A DNA stretch of 64,000 nucleotides from Candidatus Latescibacterota bacterium (lineage in GTDB: Bacteria; Latescibacterota; UBA2968), in NCBI GenBank assembly GCA_965222605.1, contig OZ244960.1:192001-256000 (forward strand), written 5' to 3'. The notes beneath the pieces are model-generated. The model was not told the DNA's origin, did not search any database, and worked only from the letters and a program-made list of their open reading frames with translations. Both the position numbers and the translations under genes were made by a program. Positions within the stretch are counted from its first letter, which is position 1; each line of letters opens with the position of its first letter. Positions 29,447 to 38,566 of the stretch are shown here, piece after piece.

Positions 29447-30985
29447 TCATCTGTACACCGTCAACTCACCCGCCTTGTAACGATCCCAGTATTCTTTGAG
29501 CACGACCTTGATCTGTGGGCTTAAGATAATGCCGCCAATAATATTCGGGAACGCCATACCCAGGATCATCGCGTCGGAAAAATCGAGCACACTTGTTAGT
29601 GCCGTAACAGACCCGATAAACACAAAACATACAAAAATAATGCGATAAGCCAGGATAGATTTTATACCAAAAAGATATTCCCATGCACGCTCGCCGTAAT
29701 AAGACCAGGAGATCATCGTCGAATACGCAAAAAGCATCACGGCAATCGCGAGCACGTAACGCGCCCCGGGTATGAAGGAATCAAATGCCGCAGCCGTCAT
29801 TTTGGCCCCTACAATAAATCCACCCTGTCCCTGAAATTCGGCCAACTGATACGCACCCGTAATCATACAAACCAATGCCGTCATCAAACATATAATAATG
29901 GTATCGATAAAAGGCCCGATCATCGCAACCATACCTTCACGCGCGGGTTCATCGGTCTGCGCTGCCGCGTGGGCAAATGCCGCAGAACCCAGACCAGCCT
30001 CATTGGAAAAAGCCGCCCTGCGTACACCTTGAACCAGAACTCCCAGGAAGCCACCATATATAGCTTCTGGCGTAAATGCCTGAGAAATAATATTCGCAAT
30101 AAGAGATGGGACTTCTGTAATATTCGTCAGAATAATTAGAATTGCGGTCAGAACATATAGTCCACACATAATGGGCACAACGCGCGATGTCACATTGCCA
30201 ATGCGCTTAATGCCACCAATAATGACAACAGCGACCATCGATGCCATTAAAAGCCCGATAACCCAGTTATATGCCTTAAATCCTTCGGACACAGTACCGA
30301 GAATTTCAACCGTCTGATTTGCCTGAAACATATTGCCGCCACCCAGAGAACCACCAATTGTCAACAGGGCAAAAAGGATGGCAAATGGACGCCCCAATGG
30401 CCTGAGACCTATTCCTGCCAGACCGTGTTCCAAATAATACATCGGGCCACCCGACACGCGGCCATCGGGATGGATTTTTCTGTGCATAATGGCCAGCGTA
30501 CAAGACGCCAGCTTTGAAGCCATGCCAAAAAATGCCGTGACGATCATCCAGAAAACAGCACCGGGACCACCGGCACTCACAGCAATAGCAACCCCCGCAA
30601 TATTTCCCAATCCCACTGTTGCAGACAACGCACTGGTCAGTGCCTTAAAATGCGAAATCTCACCGGGGTGATCGGGGTGATCATACCGCCCGCGAATCAC
30701 GTTAAGCGAATGCCTGAATCCGCGCAGCGTAAGCCAACCAAAACAAAAAGAGTAATAGACACCACCGCCGACCAACACGACAATGATCAATGGCAAGCGC
30801 GTACCAAAATCAAAGAAAAAAATCGAAAACAGGAAATTGGCGGCACCGCCCACGTAATCATTCAATGCGTTAATAACCATCTGGATCACGCCAGGCGACT
30901 CGCTGGACAAGGCTTCCTGTGCAAACGCAGAACTGGACACAAATAGTCCCATCAGCAAGGCGAACAGACAAAGTCTGAAAGACAT
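29447..30985 (-). CDS. Alanine/glycine:cation symporter (AGCS), paralogue 1
   Basis: ALSATVGLGNIAGVA, GGPMYYL, FSNEAGLGSA; GGGAGG SD. Confidence 0.93.
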   Translation of the reverse strand: MSFRLCLFALLMGLFVSSSAFAQEALSSESPGVIQMVINALNDYVGGAANFLFSIFFFDFGTRLPLIIVVLVGGGVYYSFCFGWLTLRGFRHSLNVIRGRYDHPDHPGEISHFKALTSALSATVGLGNIAGVAIAVSAGGPGAVFWMIVTAFFGMASKLASCTLAIMHRKIHPDGRVSGGPMYYLEHGLAGIGLRPLGRPFAILFALLTIGGSLGGGNMFQANQTVEILGTVSEGFKAYNWVIGLLMASMVAVVIIGGIKRIGNVTSRVVPIMCGLYVLTAILIILTNITEVPSLIANIISQAFTPEAIYGGFLGVLVQGVRRAAFSNEAGLGSAAFAHAAAQTDEPAREGMVAMIGPFIDTIIICLMTALVCMITGAYQLAEFQGQGGFIVGAKMTAAAFDSFIPGARYVLAIAVMLFAYSTMISWSYYGERAWEYLFGIKSILAYRIIFVCFVFIGSVTALTSVLDFSDAMILGMAFPNIIGGIILSPQIKVVLKEYWDRYKAGELTVYR

Positions 30986-31167
30986 AGGCCCTCCCTGTAT
31001 TTATACTCTCTTGTGAAACACGGCACGCGACTAATGAAAAACATAATACAAACAAATTGGGGTGATGTATAGCACTTTTGAACGCGATGGAGAGTTTCTC
31101 CTTGCACTTTCCCCTCGCGTTGAGCAGATTAAATATCCAGACAAACAACCATACAGATGGAATACGC

Positions 31168-32940
31168 ATGCCAAACTCATTACTTCATCGCTATCTGCCT
31201 TTTCTCAACTGGATTGGAGAACTCAAGGATCGGCACATCCTCCGTGCCGATATCATCGCGGGTATCACCCTATCACTGGTCTTAATCCCACAGGCCATGG
31301 CCAATGCCCAACTGGCCGAGATGCCACCCTATTACGGCTTCTACGCATCATTTGTCCCCATCATCGTCAGCGCCCTCTTCGGATCTTCTCGCCAACTCTC
31401 CACAGGCCCGGTCGCACTCGTCGCCTTGATGGTCGCCTCTGAACTGGGGCAACTGGCGGTTGACGAACAGACGTATATCGCCTATGCCATTCTGCTGGCT
31501 CTCCTGGTCGGCCTGTTGCAATTTGGGCTGGGCGTATTGCGCCTGGGCGTATTGGTGAACTTTCTCTCCCACCCCGTGGTACTCGGTTTTACCAATGCCG
31601 CGGCCATCATCATCGGCACATCGCAAATCGACAAATTATTCGGCGTCACCGTAGAACGCGGCGGGGCACATTACGAGCGCATGATCCGCATGTGGGACGT
31701 GATTTCAGCGGGCTTTCACACCCCCACCCTGGTCATGGGTCTCTCGGCTATCGCATTGTTATTTATTTTGCGCCGCATCAACCCACAGATTCCAAATGTG
31801 CTGATTGTCGCCATCTTGACAACAGGCGTTTCGTGGCTCATCGGATTTGAACAAAATTACGGCGGACAAGTCGTGGGCAACATCCCCGAGGGCATTCCCG
31901 CATTTGCACTGCCAATAGTTGATTGGGGCATCGTGCCACACATCCTTAGTGCCACCATAACCATCGCACTCATTGGATATCTGGAAACCATTTCAATAGC
32001 CAAAGCCATTGCCACGCAGACACGTCAACGCATTGACGCCAACCAGGAATTGCTCGCACAGGGCTTGAGCAATATTGCCGGCAGTTTTTTTCAAAGTTTT
32101 CCCGTCTCCGGCTCTTTTGTCCGTTCAACCGTCACATTGCGCGCTGGCGGACAAACCGGCTTTGCGTCTATCATTGCCGGGCTGGTCGTGATCCTGCTCC
32201 TGCTTTTCTTTACCCAACTCTTATACCACATGCCCCTATCCACCTTAGCGGCAATTGTCATGGTTTCTGTCGCCGCACTGATTCACTTCAAACCCATCGC
32301 GAGTGCGTGGAAAGTACACAAACACGACGGCATTGTCGCCATATCGTCATTTGCACTCACCCTCATCTTCGCGCCACACCTCGATCAAGGCATCCTAATC
32401 GGTGCGACCTTATCAATCGCCCTCTATCTCTATCGCACAATGAAACCGCGCGTGGCCTTCCTCGCCCGCCATCCCGATGGCGCGTTTCGAGATGCAGTAG
32501 AACACGATCTGGAATTGTGCGATGCAATTGCCACTATCCGATTTGATGGCTCATTGTATTTCGGCAGCGCAGGTGCTTTTGAAGACGCCGTATTGGAACG
32601 GATTCGCGATCCAAAATTGCGCTATGTGATTGTAGATGCCGAAGGCGTGAATGAAATTGATGCTACGGGAAAAGAAATGCTGGTCGGCGTGGTGCAGCGG
32701 CTCCACGAGGCCGGTATTGAGGTACTATTTACAAGTACAAAAAAACAGGTCATGGACGCACTCAACCGCGCGGGCGTACTCGAAGAAATTGGTCGAGACC
32801 GATTTTACACCACCCTCGACCGTACATTAGCTCATGTTTGGGGGGCATTAGAAGATCAGTATCCCTGTACCAGATCTTGTCCCGCTGAGTGTCCACTCCA
32901 TCGCCCCAGACCAAATGGGGACGTATTTTATCGCGTGTAG
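31168..32940 (+). CDS. sulP: SulP family anion transporter with STAS domain
   Basis: ADIIAGIT, IPQAMA, FGSSRQLSTGP, DANQELLAQG, STAS domain RFDGSLYF. Confidence 0.92.
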   Translation: MPNSLLHRYLPFLNWIGELKDRHILRADIIAGITLSLVLIPQAMANAQLAEMPPYYGFYASFVPIIVSALFGSSRQLSTGPVALVALMVASELGQLAVDEQTYIAYAILLALLVGLLQFGLGVLRLGVLVNFLSHPVVLGFTNAAAIIIGTSQIDKLFGVTVERGGAHYERMIRMWDVISAGFHTPTLVMGLSAIALLFILRRINPQIPNVLIVAILTTGVSWLIGFEQNYGGQVVGNIPEGIPAFALPIVDWGIVPHILSATITIALIGYLETISIAKAIATQTRQRIDANQELLAQGLSNIAGSFFQSFPVSGSFVRSTVTLRAGGQTGFASIIAGLVVILLLLFFTQLLYHMPLSTLAAIVMVSVAALIHFKPIASAWKVHKHDGIVAISSFALTLIFAPHLDQGILIGATLSIALYLYRTMKPRVAFLARHPDGAFRDAVEHDLELCDAIATIRFDGSLYFGSAGAFEDAVLERIRDPKLRYVIVDAEGVNEIDATGKEMLVGVVQRLHEAGIEVLFTSTKKQVMDALNRAGVLEEIGRDRFYTTLDRTLAHVWGALEDQYPCTRSCPAECPLHRPRPNGDVFYRV

Positions 32941-33173
32941 AAAAATGCCAGTCTTTTTAAGTGTACAAACTATAACAATTTATTACAATTTTCAACGGAC
33001 CGAAGTAGGCCATCGTTTGTCTAAAATATTGTAGTCGCAAATACGGCTGACTAATAAATAATAACTGATAATTGATAACTATTATAATTGAGGGGTGTGT
33101 ATAAAAGATAATTGACATAGTCGGTAAAAGTCGCCACTTGTAGAAGCAACCAAACTTCACAAGGAGGCGACCA

Positions 33174-34280
33174 ATGGCAAAACCAACATTCACCGACTAT
33201 GTCGAACTGATACATACACTCTTTGATCAGTTTACACAAGCCCAAACGACGAAGCCCAAACGCGGATCCCCCTTTGATTTCGCAGAGGTAAAACAAAAGG
33301 CCGTAAGTGTTGCTCAGTGGGAGCAAAAACTTACGACCTTTGAAGAATTATTTAATGAAGCTACACCAGAGGAACGGAAAGACCTCCTACAAATGCATAT
33401 CAACTACCTGATCTATACCCCTGATGGGATTCAACTCACATTGAGGGTGGGTTCATCGGCGATGTTTTACAACCCCGCATCAATGGCGTATGCCACTCGC
33501 AAGTTTCAACTCTCTGCCGGACAAATTAAGTGGATCGCAGATGTGACCTACAATATGGGTAGTGTCGCATTGAATACGGATTGGGGCGTTTTCGGGTTGT
33601 CAATGATTTCCGTCGATTACGGCGATTTTGAACGTACCATTCGCGCGGACAACGAAAAGGGATTCCTCGACGTGGGCACGTATAGCCCATCCGCCTGGGC
33701 AATTGGATTCGGTTATGCCCGCGCAATTACCGACCGCTTTTCAGTGGGCGGCAATATACGCATTGCCAAGCAATCGTTCGGTGATGTTCCCGTGGGTCTT
33801 GAAGGCGCATCGCCTGTAAATAAAACTTTTGACGAACGCTCGACCATTGTCGATTTTGGCGTGCTCTACTGGACGGGCTTTAAGAGCCTGACATTGGCGC
33901 TGAACACGCGAAACTTCTCTCAGGAGAACAAGTACAGCGAAGAGAGCTTTGAATTGCCGCTGACATTCCGCATAGGATTGGCGATGGATCTGATCGATTT
34001 CACGGATATGGATAAGGATGCCCATTCCGTGATCCTATCGCTGGATACCGAGCGTCCGCGTGACTTTTCCGAACAAGTCAAGATCGGGGTGGATTATACG
34101 ATTATGAAAACCCTGTCTTTGCGCGCCGGATATATAACGCCAACCGATGAACAGGGTATCTCTCTGGGCGTCGGCTTTGGCCGCGACCTGGGCAGCGTGG
34201 ATTTGCGCGTGGATTATGCGTACACCGATTTTGGCGTATTTGACAATGTCAATCGCTTGACGCTTCAGGCGGGCTTTTAG
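33174..34280 (+). pseudogene. Chimeric ORF: transposase-like N-terminal remnant + recombinase-tail-like remnant + N-terminally truncated PorV/PorQ-family beta-barrel
   Basis: The part from about 33450 has PorV-like AMFYNPA, FSVGGN, DFGVLY, LPLTFRIG, LSLRAGY, VDYAY but no signal peptide; the first ~90 aa are unrelated. Confidence 0.6.
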
Positions 34281-34305
34281 CCTACCGTGTATCCCCGTTA
34301 TTTTG

Positions 34306-34340
34306 AAAAGGGAGCCTGTTTTTGACCGGCTCCCTTTTTT
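34306..34340 (+). terminator. Intrinsic terminator
   Basis: AAAAGGGAGCC...GGCTCCCTTTTTT. Confidence 0.75.
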
Positions 34341-34379
34341 ACGTGAAGTGTGAACATAGGCTAACCGCTGGCCCCTACC

Positions 34380-36350
34380 ATGGCAGAATCAGCACAAAAC
34401 ATACAGACACCAAAGCCGATCGGCAGGGGTTTACGCACGTATCGAACCGCTGTTGCGTCGGTCGCCATGATCCTGGTCAGTGTGCTGTGGAATGAATGGA
34501 TGCCGTATTACACATCGGGATCCAATATCAGCCGCAGCCATTTTCCAGTGGCACTCTACTATCCCTTTTTAATTTTGTGTATATGCAACTTGCTGGCAAA
34601 TCATCGGCGGTCGGCCTGGGCATTGACGCGGTCGGAATTGCTGGTGGTCATGGCGTCTGGGCTGGTCGGCATCTCGGTGTCTTACGACGGGATCAGCGGG
34701 CATCTGGTCGGCGTGGTAGCCGCGCCTTATTATTTCGCCTCGACGGAAAATGGCTGGACAGCGTACTTACTCGCACATATCCCGCACTGGCTGGTGCCGA
34801 CCAATGCGGGCGGAGAGATGGCGCGGTTTTACGAGGGCGGAAAGGGAATAGTCCCATGGCGCGTATGGGTTGCACCGATATTCTGGTGGATGTGTTTTTT
34901 GGGCGCAATGGGGTTTGCCGTGTTCAGCGTAGTGGTGATTTTGCGAAAGCAATGGGTAGATTACGAGCGGTTGGCATATCCGCTTGTAGAAGTCGGGAGC
35001 CTGCTGACCGAGACCGAGCCAGGTGGAACGCTGGAAAAAACGCTTCGATCCCCATTGTTCTGGATTGCGTTTGGCCTTGTGATGGCGTTAAAGCTGTGGA
35101 ATATCGGATCTTATTTTTCGCCTGCTTTTCCGCATATCTCTATTGAAGGGATGAACTGGCGGGCTTTTCCCGATTTTCCAGCATTGCCATTTCGCCTCAG
35201 TTTTTACGCCATAGGTTTTGGTTATTTTGCGCGGTTAGATGTGTTGTTCAGCGTGTGGTTTTTTATCGTCTTGACAGCATTTCAGATCTATGCCTCGAAT
35301 ATTTTTGGATATCCCCTGGGGTCATCCAGTCTGCACTGGGAAAATGAGCTATTAAACTGGCAGAGCATGGGGGCACTCATTTTTCTCGCGGTGTGGGGCT
35401 TGTGGATGGCGCGTGCACATTTGAAGGCAGTATGGCGCAAAGCCTGGGACCCGAGTTGTGAGGTAGATGATCGCGGAGAGTTGTTGTCATATCGCACGGC
35501 TGTATTTGGCCTTGTGCTCTCGCTCGTGTTTGCAACGTGCTGGCTGGTCGCAACCGGCATGGCATTGTGGGTTGCGATAGTGTTTTTGGTTCTGGCGATG
35601 TTGTTGTTTTTGGGGCTGGCACGCGCTGTTTCCGAGTTGGGCCTGGTCTATGCCTATTATCGGTTGGAGCCAAATGACGCCGTCGTGCAGGCATTTGGTT
35701 CGGCGTCAATCATGGGGGTTTCGAGCATCACCGCGCTGGCATTTATGCGGGTATTCAATTTTTTTCCCGACATCGGCAAAGGCTTCTTAATGCCGTCGTT
35801 TTCGCAGGCGGTGAAGGCAGTGGATAAGACCGTAACACCCCGGCGAATTACAGGGGTGATCTGGGCGTCGCTCGCCGTGGGCTTTGTGATTTCCATTGTC
35901 AACACACTTTACTTGAGTTATGAATACGGGGCTTATAATCTGGGAAATATGGGCCTCAAACACGTTGGCCCTCGGGCATTTGATTTTGCGATGAACGCGA
36001 TCCACAACCCCCTGGGTCTCGGGGGTGATGGCCGCGTGATGTGGGCGGGAGTTGGCGCCGGTGTGATGGCAATTTTGACCGTGATTCGCTACTGGATCCC
36101 CTCCTGGCCGCTACACCCAATTGGCCTGGCCATGCAGGGAAATTACGGCGTGAGTAAAACGGTATTTTCGGTGTTTATTGTGTGGTCAATTAAAGTTGTT
36201 GTGATGAAAATGGGTGGCGTGCAGGTGTACGAAAAGGGAAAACCGTTTTTCATCGGCCTCCTGGCAGCGCAAGCGTTCAGTACCGGGTTGGTATTTGTCA
36301 TAGATTGTATCTGGTTCCCTCTGCAAGGGCATAATGTACACAATTTCTAA
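34380..36350 (+). CDS. DUF6785/DUF6784-type polytopic membrane protein (OPT-like putative transporter)
   Basis: PYYFASTEN, LRKQWVDYERLAYPL, WPLHPIG, PFFIGLL; many TM helices. Confidence 0.75.
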   Translation: MAESAQNIQTPKPIGRGLRTYRTAVASVAMILVSVLWNEWMPYYTSGSNISRSHFPVALYYPFLILCICNLLANHRRSAWALTRSELLVVMASGLVGISVSYDGISGHLVGVVAAPYYFASTENGWTAYLLAHIPHWLVPTNAGGEMARFYEGGKGIVPWRVWVAPIFWWMCFLGAMGFAVFSVVVILRKQWVDYERLAYPLVEVGSLLTETEPGGTLEKTLRSPLFWIAFGLVMALKLWNIGSYFSPAFPHISIEGMNWRAFPDFPALPFRLSFYAIGFGYFARLDVLFSVWFFIVLTAFQIYASNIFGYPLGSSSLHWENELLNWQSMGALIFLAVWGLWMARAHLKAVWRKAWDPSCEVDDRGELLSYRTAVFGLVLSLVFATCWLVATGMALWVAIVFLVLAMLLFLGLARAVSELGLVYAYYRLEPNDAVVQAFGSASIMGVSSITALAFMRVFNFFPDIGKGFLMPSFSQAVKAVDKTVTPRRITGVIWASLAVGFVISIVNTLYLSYEYGAYNLGNMGLKHVGPRAFDFAMNAIHNPLGLGGDGRVMWAGVGAGVMAILTVIRYWIPSWPLHPIGLAMQGNYGVSKTVFSVFIVWSIKVVVMKMGGVQVYEKGKPFFIGLLAAQAFSTGLVFVIDCIWFPLQGHNVHNF

Positions 36351-36356
36351 AGTATA

Positions 36357-37409
36357 ATGATTACTCGAAGAACATTTATACAACAAAGTCTCGCTACTGC
36401 TGGCGCGTTGGCAATTGCACCATCGGCTTTTGCGTCAGAAGCCCAGGTGATGACTGTAACGAGACCAATAGCCCCAGAGCTAATGGGGTTCACCCTCCCC
36501 CACGAACACATCATGTCTATTTTTGGTGGGCAGCCAGCCAAAGTGGCGCAATACGACGAAGACAAATTATTCGCCACGGTTATCCCCTATCTCAAAATGT
36601 TAAAAGTATTTGGCGTGCAAACGCTTTGTGAATGCACGGGGGCTTATTTTGGGCGGCGCGTGGATTTGCTTCGGCGCATTTCGCAAGAAACCGGGATGCA
36701 AATTCTGACCAATACCGGGTATTTTGGCGCAGCGCACGATCGCTATGTGCCAGCGCACGCCTTTGAAGAAACGGCTGATCAAATTGCCCAACGCTGGATT
36801 GATGAATGGGAAAACGGGATTGATGGAACAGATATTCGTCCGGGATTTATCAAAATTGGCGTTGACCCCGGCATGCCATCTGACATAGACAAAAAACTCA
36901 TTTTGGCGGCGGGCAAAACCCATCTCAAAACGGGTCTAACAATTGTCTCGCACACAAGTGGCAGCACAGATGCCGCTGTTGAACAAGTTGCGATGCTCGA
37001 ACAAATGGGCGTACATCCAGAAGCATGGACCTGGGCACACGCACAACGAGTCGAAGATCACGCCGACTTGACCCCCATTGCGCAGGCAGGTGCATGGATT
37101 GGACTGGATGGTATCGGCGATAAAACGCTCAATCACCATCTCGATGTGCTGCGCCACATGAGAAGATTTGGCGTTTTGGCCCGGGTTTTGCTTTCTCACG
37201 ATGGCAATTCGTTTGGATATGGCGATCGTCCCTTTAAGCCTTATAATGCCATTTTTGACCAATTTATCCCCCTAATGCAAAAAGCGAATTTTACCGATGA
37301 AGACATTCATCTGATCACAGTAAAAAATCCACAAGAAGCATTTGCCATTCGAGTTCGGAAAAGTCAAGAGCAACCACAGATGGACACAGATGAACGCAGA
37401 TGGAGATAA
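36357..37409 (+). CDS. Phosphotriesterase family metallohydrolase, Tat-exported
   Basis: TRRTFI Tat motif; TLPHEH, GFIKIG, LLSHD, NPQ. Confidence 0.9.
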   Translation: MITRRTFIQQSLATAGALAIAPSAFASEAQVMTVTRPIAPELMGFTLPHEHIMSIFGGQPAKVAQYDEDKLFATVIPYLKMLKVFGVQTLCECTGAYFGRRVDLLRRISQETGMQILTNTGYFGAAHDRYVPAHAFEETADQIAQRWIDEWENGIDGTDIRPGFIKIGVDPGMPSDIDKKLILAAGKTHLKTGLTIVSHTSGSTDAAVEQVAMLEQMGVHPEAWTWAHAQRVEDHADLTPIAQAGAWIGLDGIGDKTLNHHLDVLRHMRRFGVLARVLLSHDGNSFGYGDRPFKPYNAIFDQFIPLMQKANFTDEDIHLITVKNPQEAFAIRVRKSQEQPQMDTDERRWR

Positions 37410-37585
37410 TCATGAACCGACGCGAATTTATCAAACAAACTGCCGTAGCGACTGTCGCAATGCCATCGCTACTTCGGGCGCAGGCAGATGATCGCGGAAT
37501 GGAGACGGAATTGGAAGCGTACGCCCATGTAAATCCAGCATCGGCAAAGAATAAGCTGTATCGGGAATTAGACGCCAGACAATAA
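37400..37585 (+). pseudogene. Truncated Tat-signal protein fragment
   Basis: MNRREFIKQTAVATVAMPSLLRAQA is a Tat signal followed by only ~30 aa. Confidence 0.5.
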
Positions 37586-37721
37586 GTGGCAATTATCTGC
37601 TGTCGGTGTAGTTGTCCGTCCGGATAGGATAGATGAGGCAATTATAGAAGTTTTGTATGAATTTCAAGGTTGGGACGAGTATTTTAAGAGTAGAAAGCGG
37701 AAAGAAGCGTTGGGATTTTGA
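37572..37721 (+). pseudogene. Start-less C-terminal gene fragment
   Basis: 49 open codons TPDNKWQLSAVGVVVRPDRIDEAIIEVLYEFQGWDEYFKSRKRKEALGF* with no SD-supported start. Confidence 0.35.
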
Positions 37722-37760
37722 TCTTATCTACTGTAACCCACATATTTTGGAGGAAGAATT

Positions 37761-38033
37761 ATGACTGCAATCCCTAAAGAAATTCAACAGATAGTTCGCG
37801 CTTCTAAAGGGCATCCAGTGCGCCTGACCGATCCAAAAACGCACGTAGAATATATTGTGTTGCCAGCAGAGATATTCGACCGGATGCAACTCTACGATGA
37901 TACGCCACTAAGAGAGGATGAAATGCAAAACCTGCTCATCAGAGCGGGACTGCGTGCCGGATGGGACGAGGAGGAAATGGATATCTACAATGAACTCGAT
38001 CCACGGAGAGAACATGAAGGTCCGACGAGGTGA
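37761..38033 (+). CDS. Putative antitoxin upstream of PemK/MazF
   Basis: GGAGG SD; PVRLTDP.T..EYIVLPAE and acidic GWDEEEMDIYNELDP tail; overlaps the toxin start. Confidence 0.65.
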   Translation: MTAIPKEIQQIVRASKGHPVRLTDPKTHVEYIVLPAEIFDRMQLYDDTPLREDEMQNLLIRAGLRAGWDEEEMDIYNELDPRREHEGPTR

Positions 38034-38388
38034 AGTTGTCATTGTGGATTTTCCTTACAGTGATCAAACTGGTCGCAAGGTGCGTCCGGCACTTGTTGTG
38101 CAATCAAACGTATGGAACCAGCGGCTTGATGACACGATTCTCGCGCTCATCACCAGTAGTCGTCATCGGAAAGTTGGAGCTACCACGCAGTATTTTGTCG
38201 ATATTTCGACGGATGAAGGTCAACAGACGGGACTTCGCCTCGATTCCGTCGTTCAGTGTGAAAATCTAATTACCTATGATCAATGTGTATTATCGCATTC
38301 AGCCTCACGATGCTGTGGTGCAGGCATTTGGTTCGGGTATGGTTGGGCTTTCCGGTGTGGTAGTGCTCGGGTTTATGCATGTGTTTAA
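38014..38388 (+). pseudogene. PemK/MazF toxin, C-terminally disrupted
   Basis: MKVRRGEVVIVDFPYSDQTGRKVRPALVVQ...LITSS...DSVVQCENLITYDQ, then an abrupt switch at about 38283 into unrelated DUF6785-derived DNA. Confidence 0.75.
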
Positions 38389-38546
38389 TCAGTGGCCCGA
38401 TATTGGCAAGGGATTTTTGATGCCGCCGTTTACGCAAGCGGTAAAAGCAGTTGATAAGGTCGTCAGTCCGCGGCGAATTACAGCAGTATTATGGCTGGCA
38501 CTGGCACTGGGCTTCACCATTTCAATAATGTGCACAATTTCTAAAG
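38284..38546 (+). pseudogene. Internally deleted remnant of a DUF6785 paralogue
   Basis: YYRIQPHDAVVQAFGS...PDIGKGFLMPPFTQAVKAVDK...LGFTISI parallels about 35655-35900 of the intact gene, then jumps to ATAATGTGCACAATTTCTAAAG, matching that gene's end (36331-36352). Confidence 0.8.
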
Positions 38547-38566
38547 AATGCCCGTACCGATGCGCC

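Noticed and set aside
30986-31167. Glycine riboswitch upstream of the AGCS genes
   Set aside because: A hairpin with GGAGA is present, but the CCGAAG and CTCTCAGG core motifs are missing.
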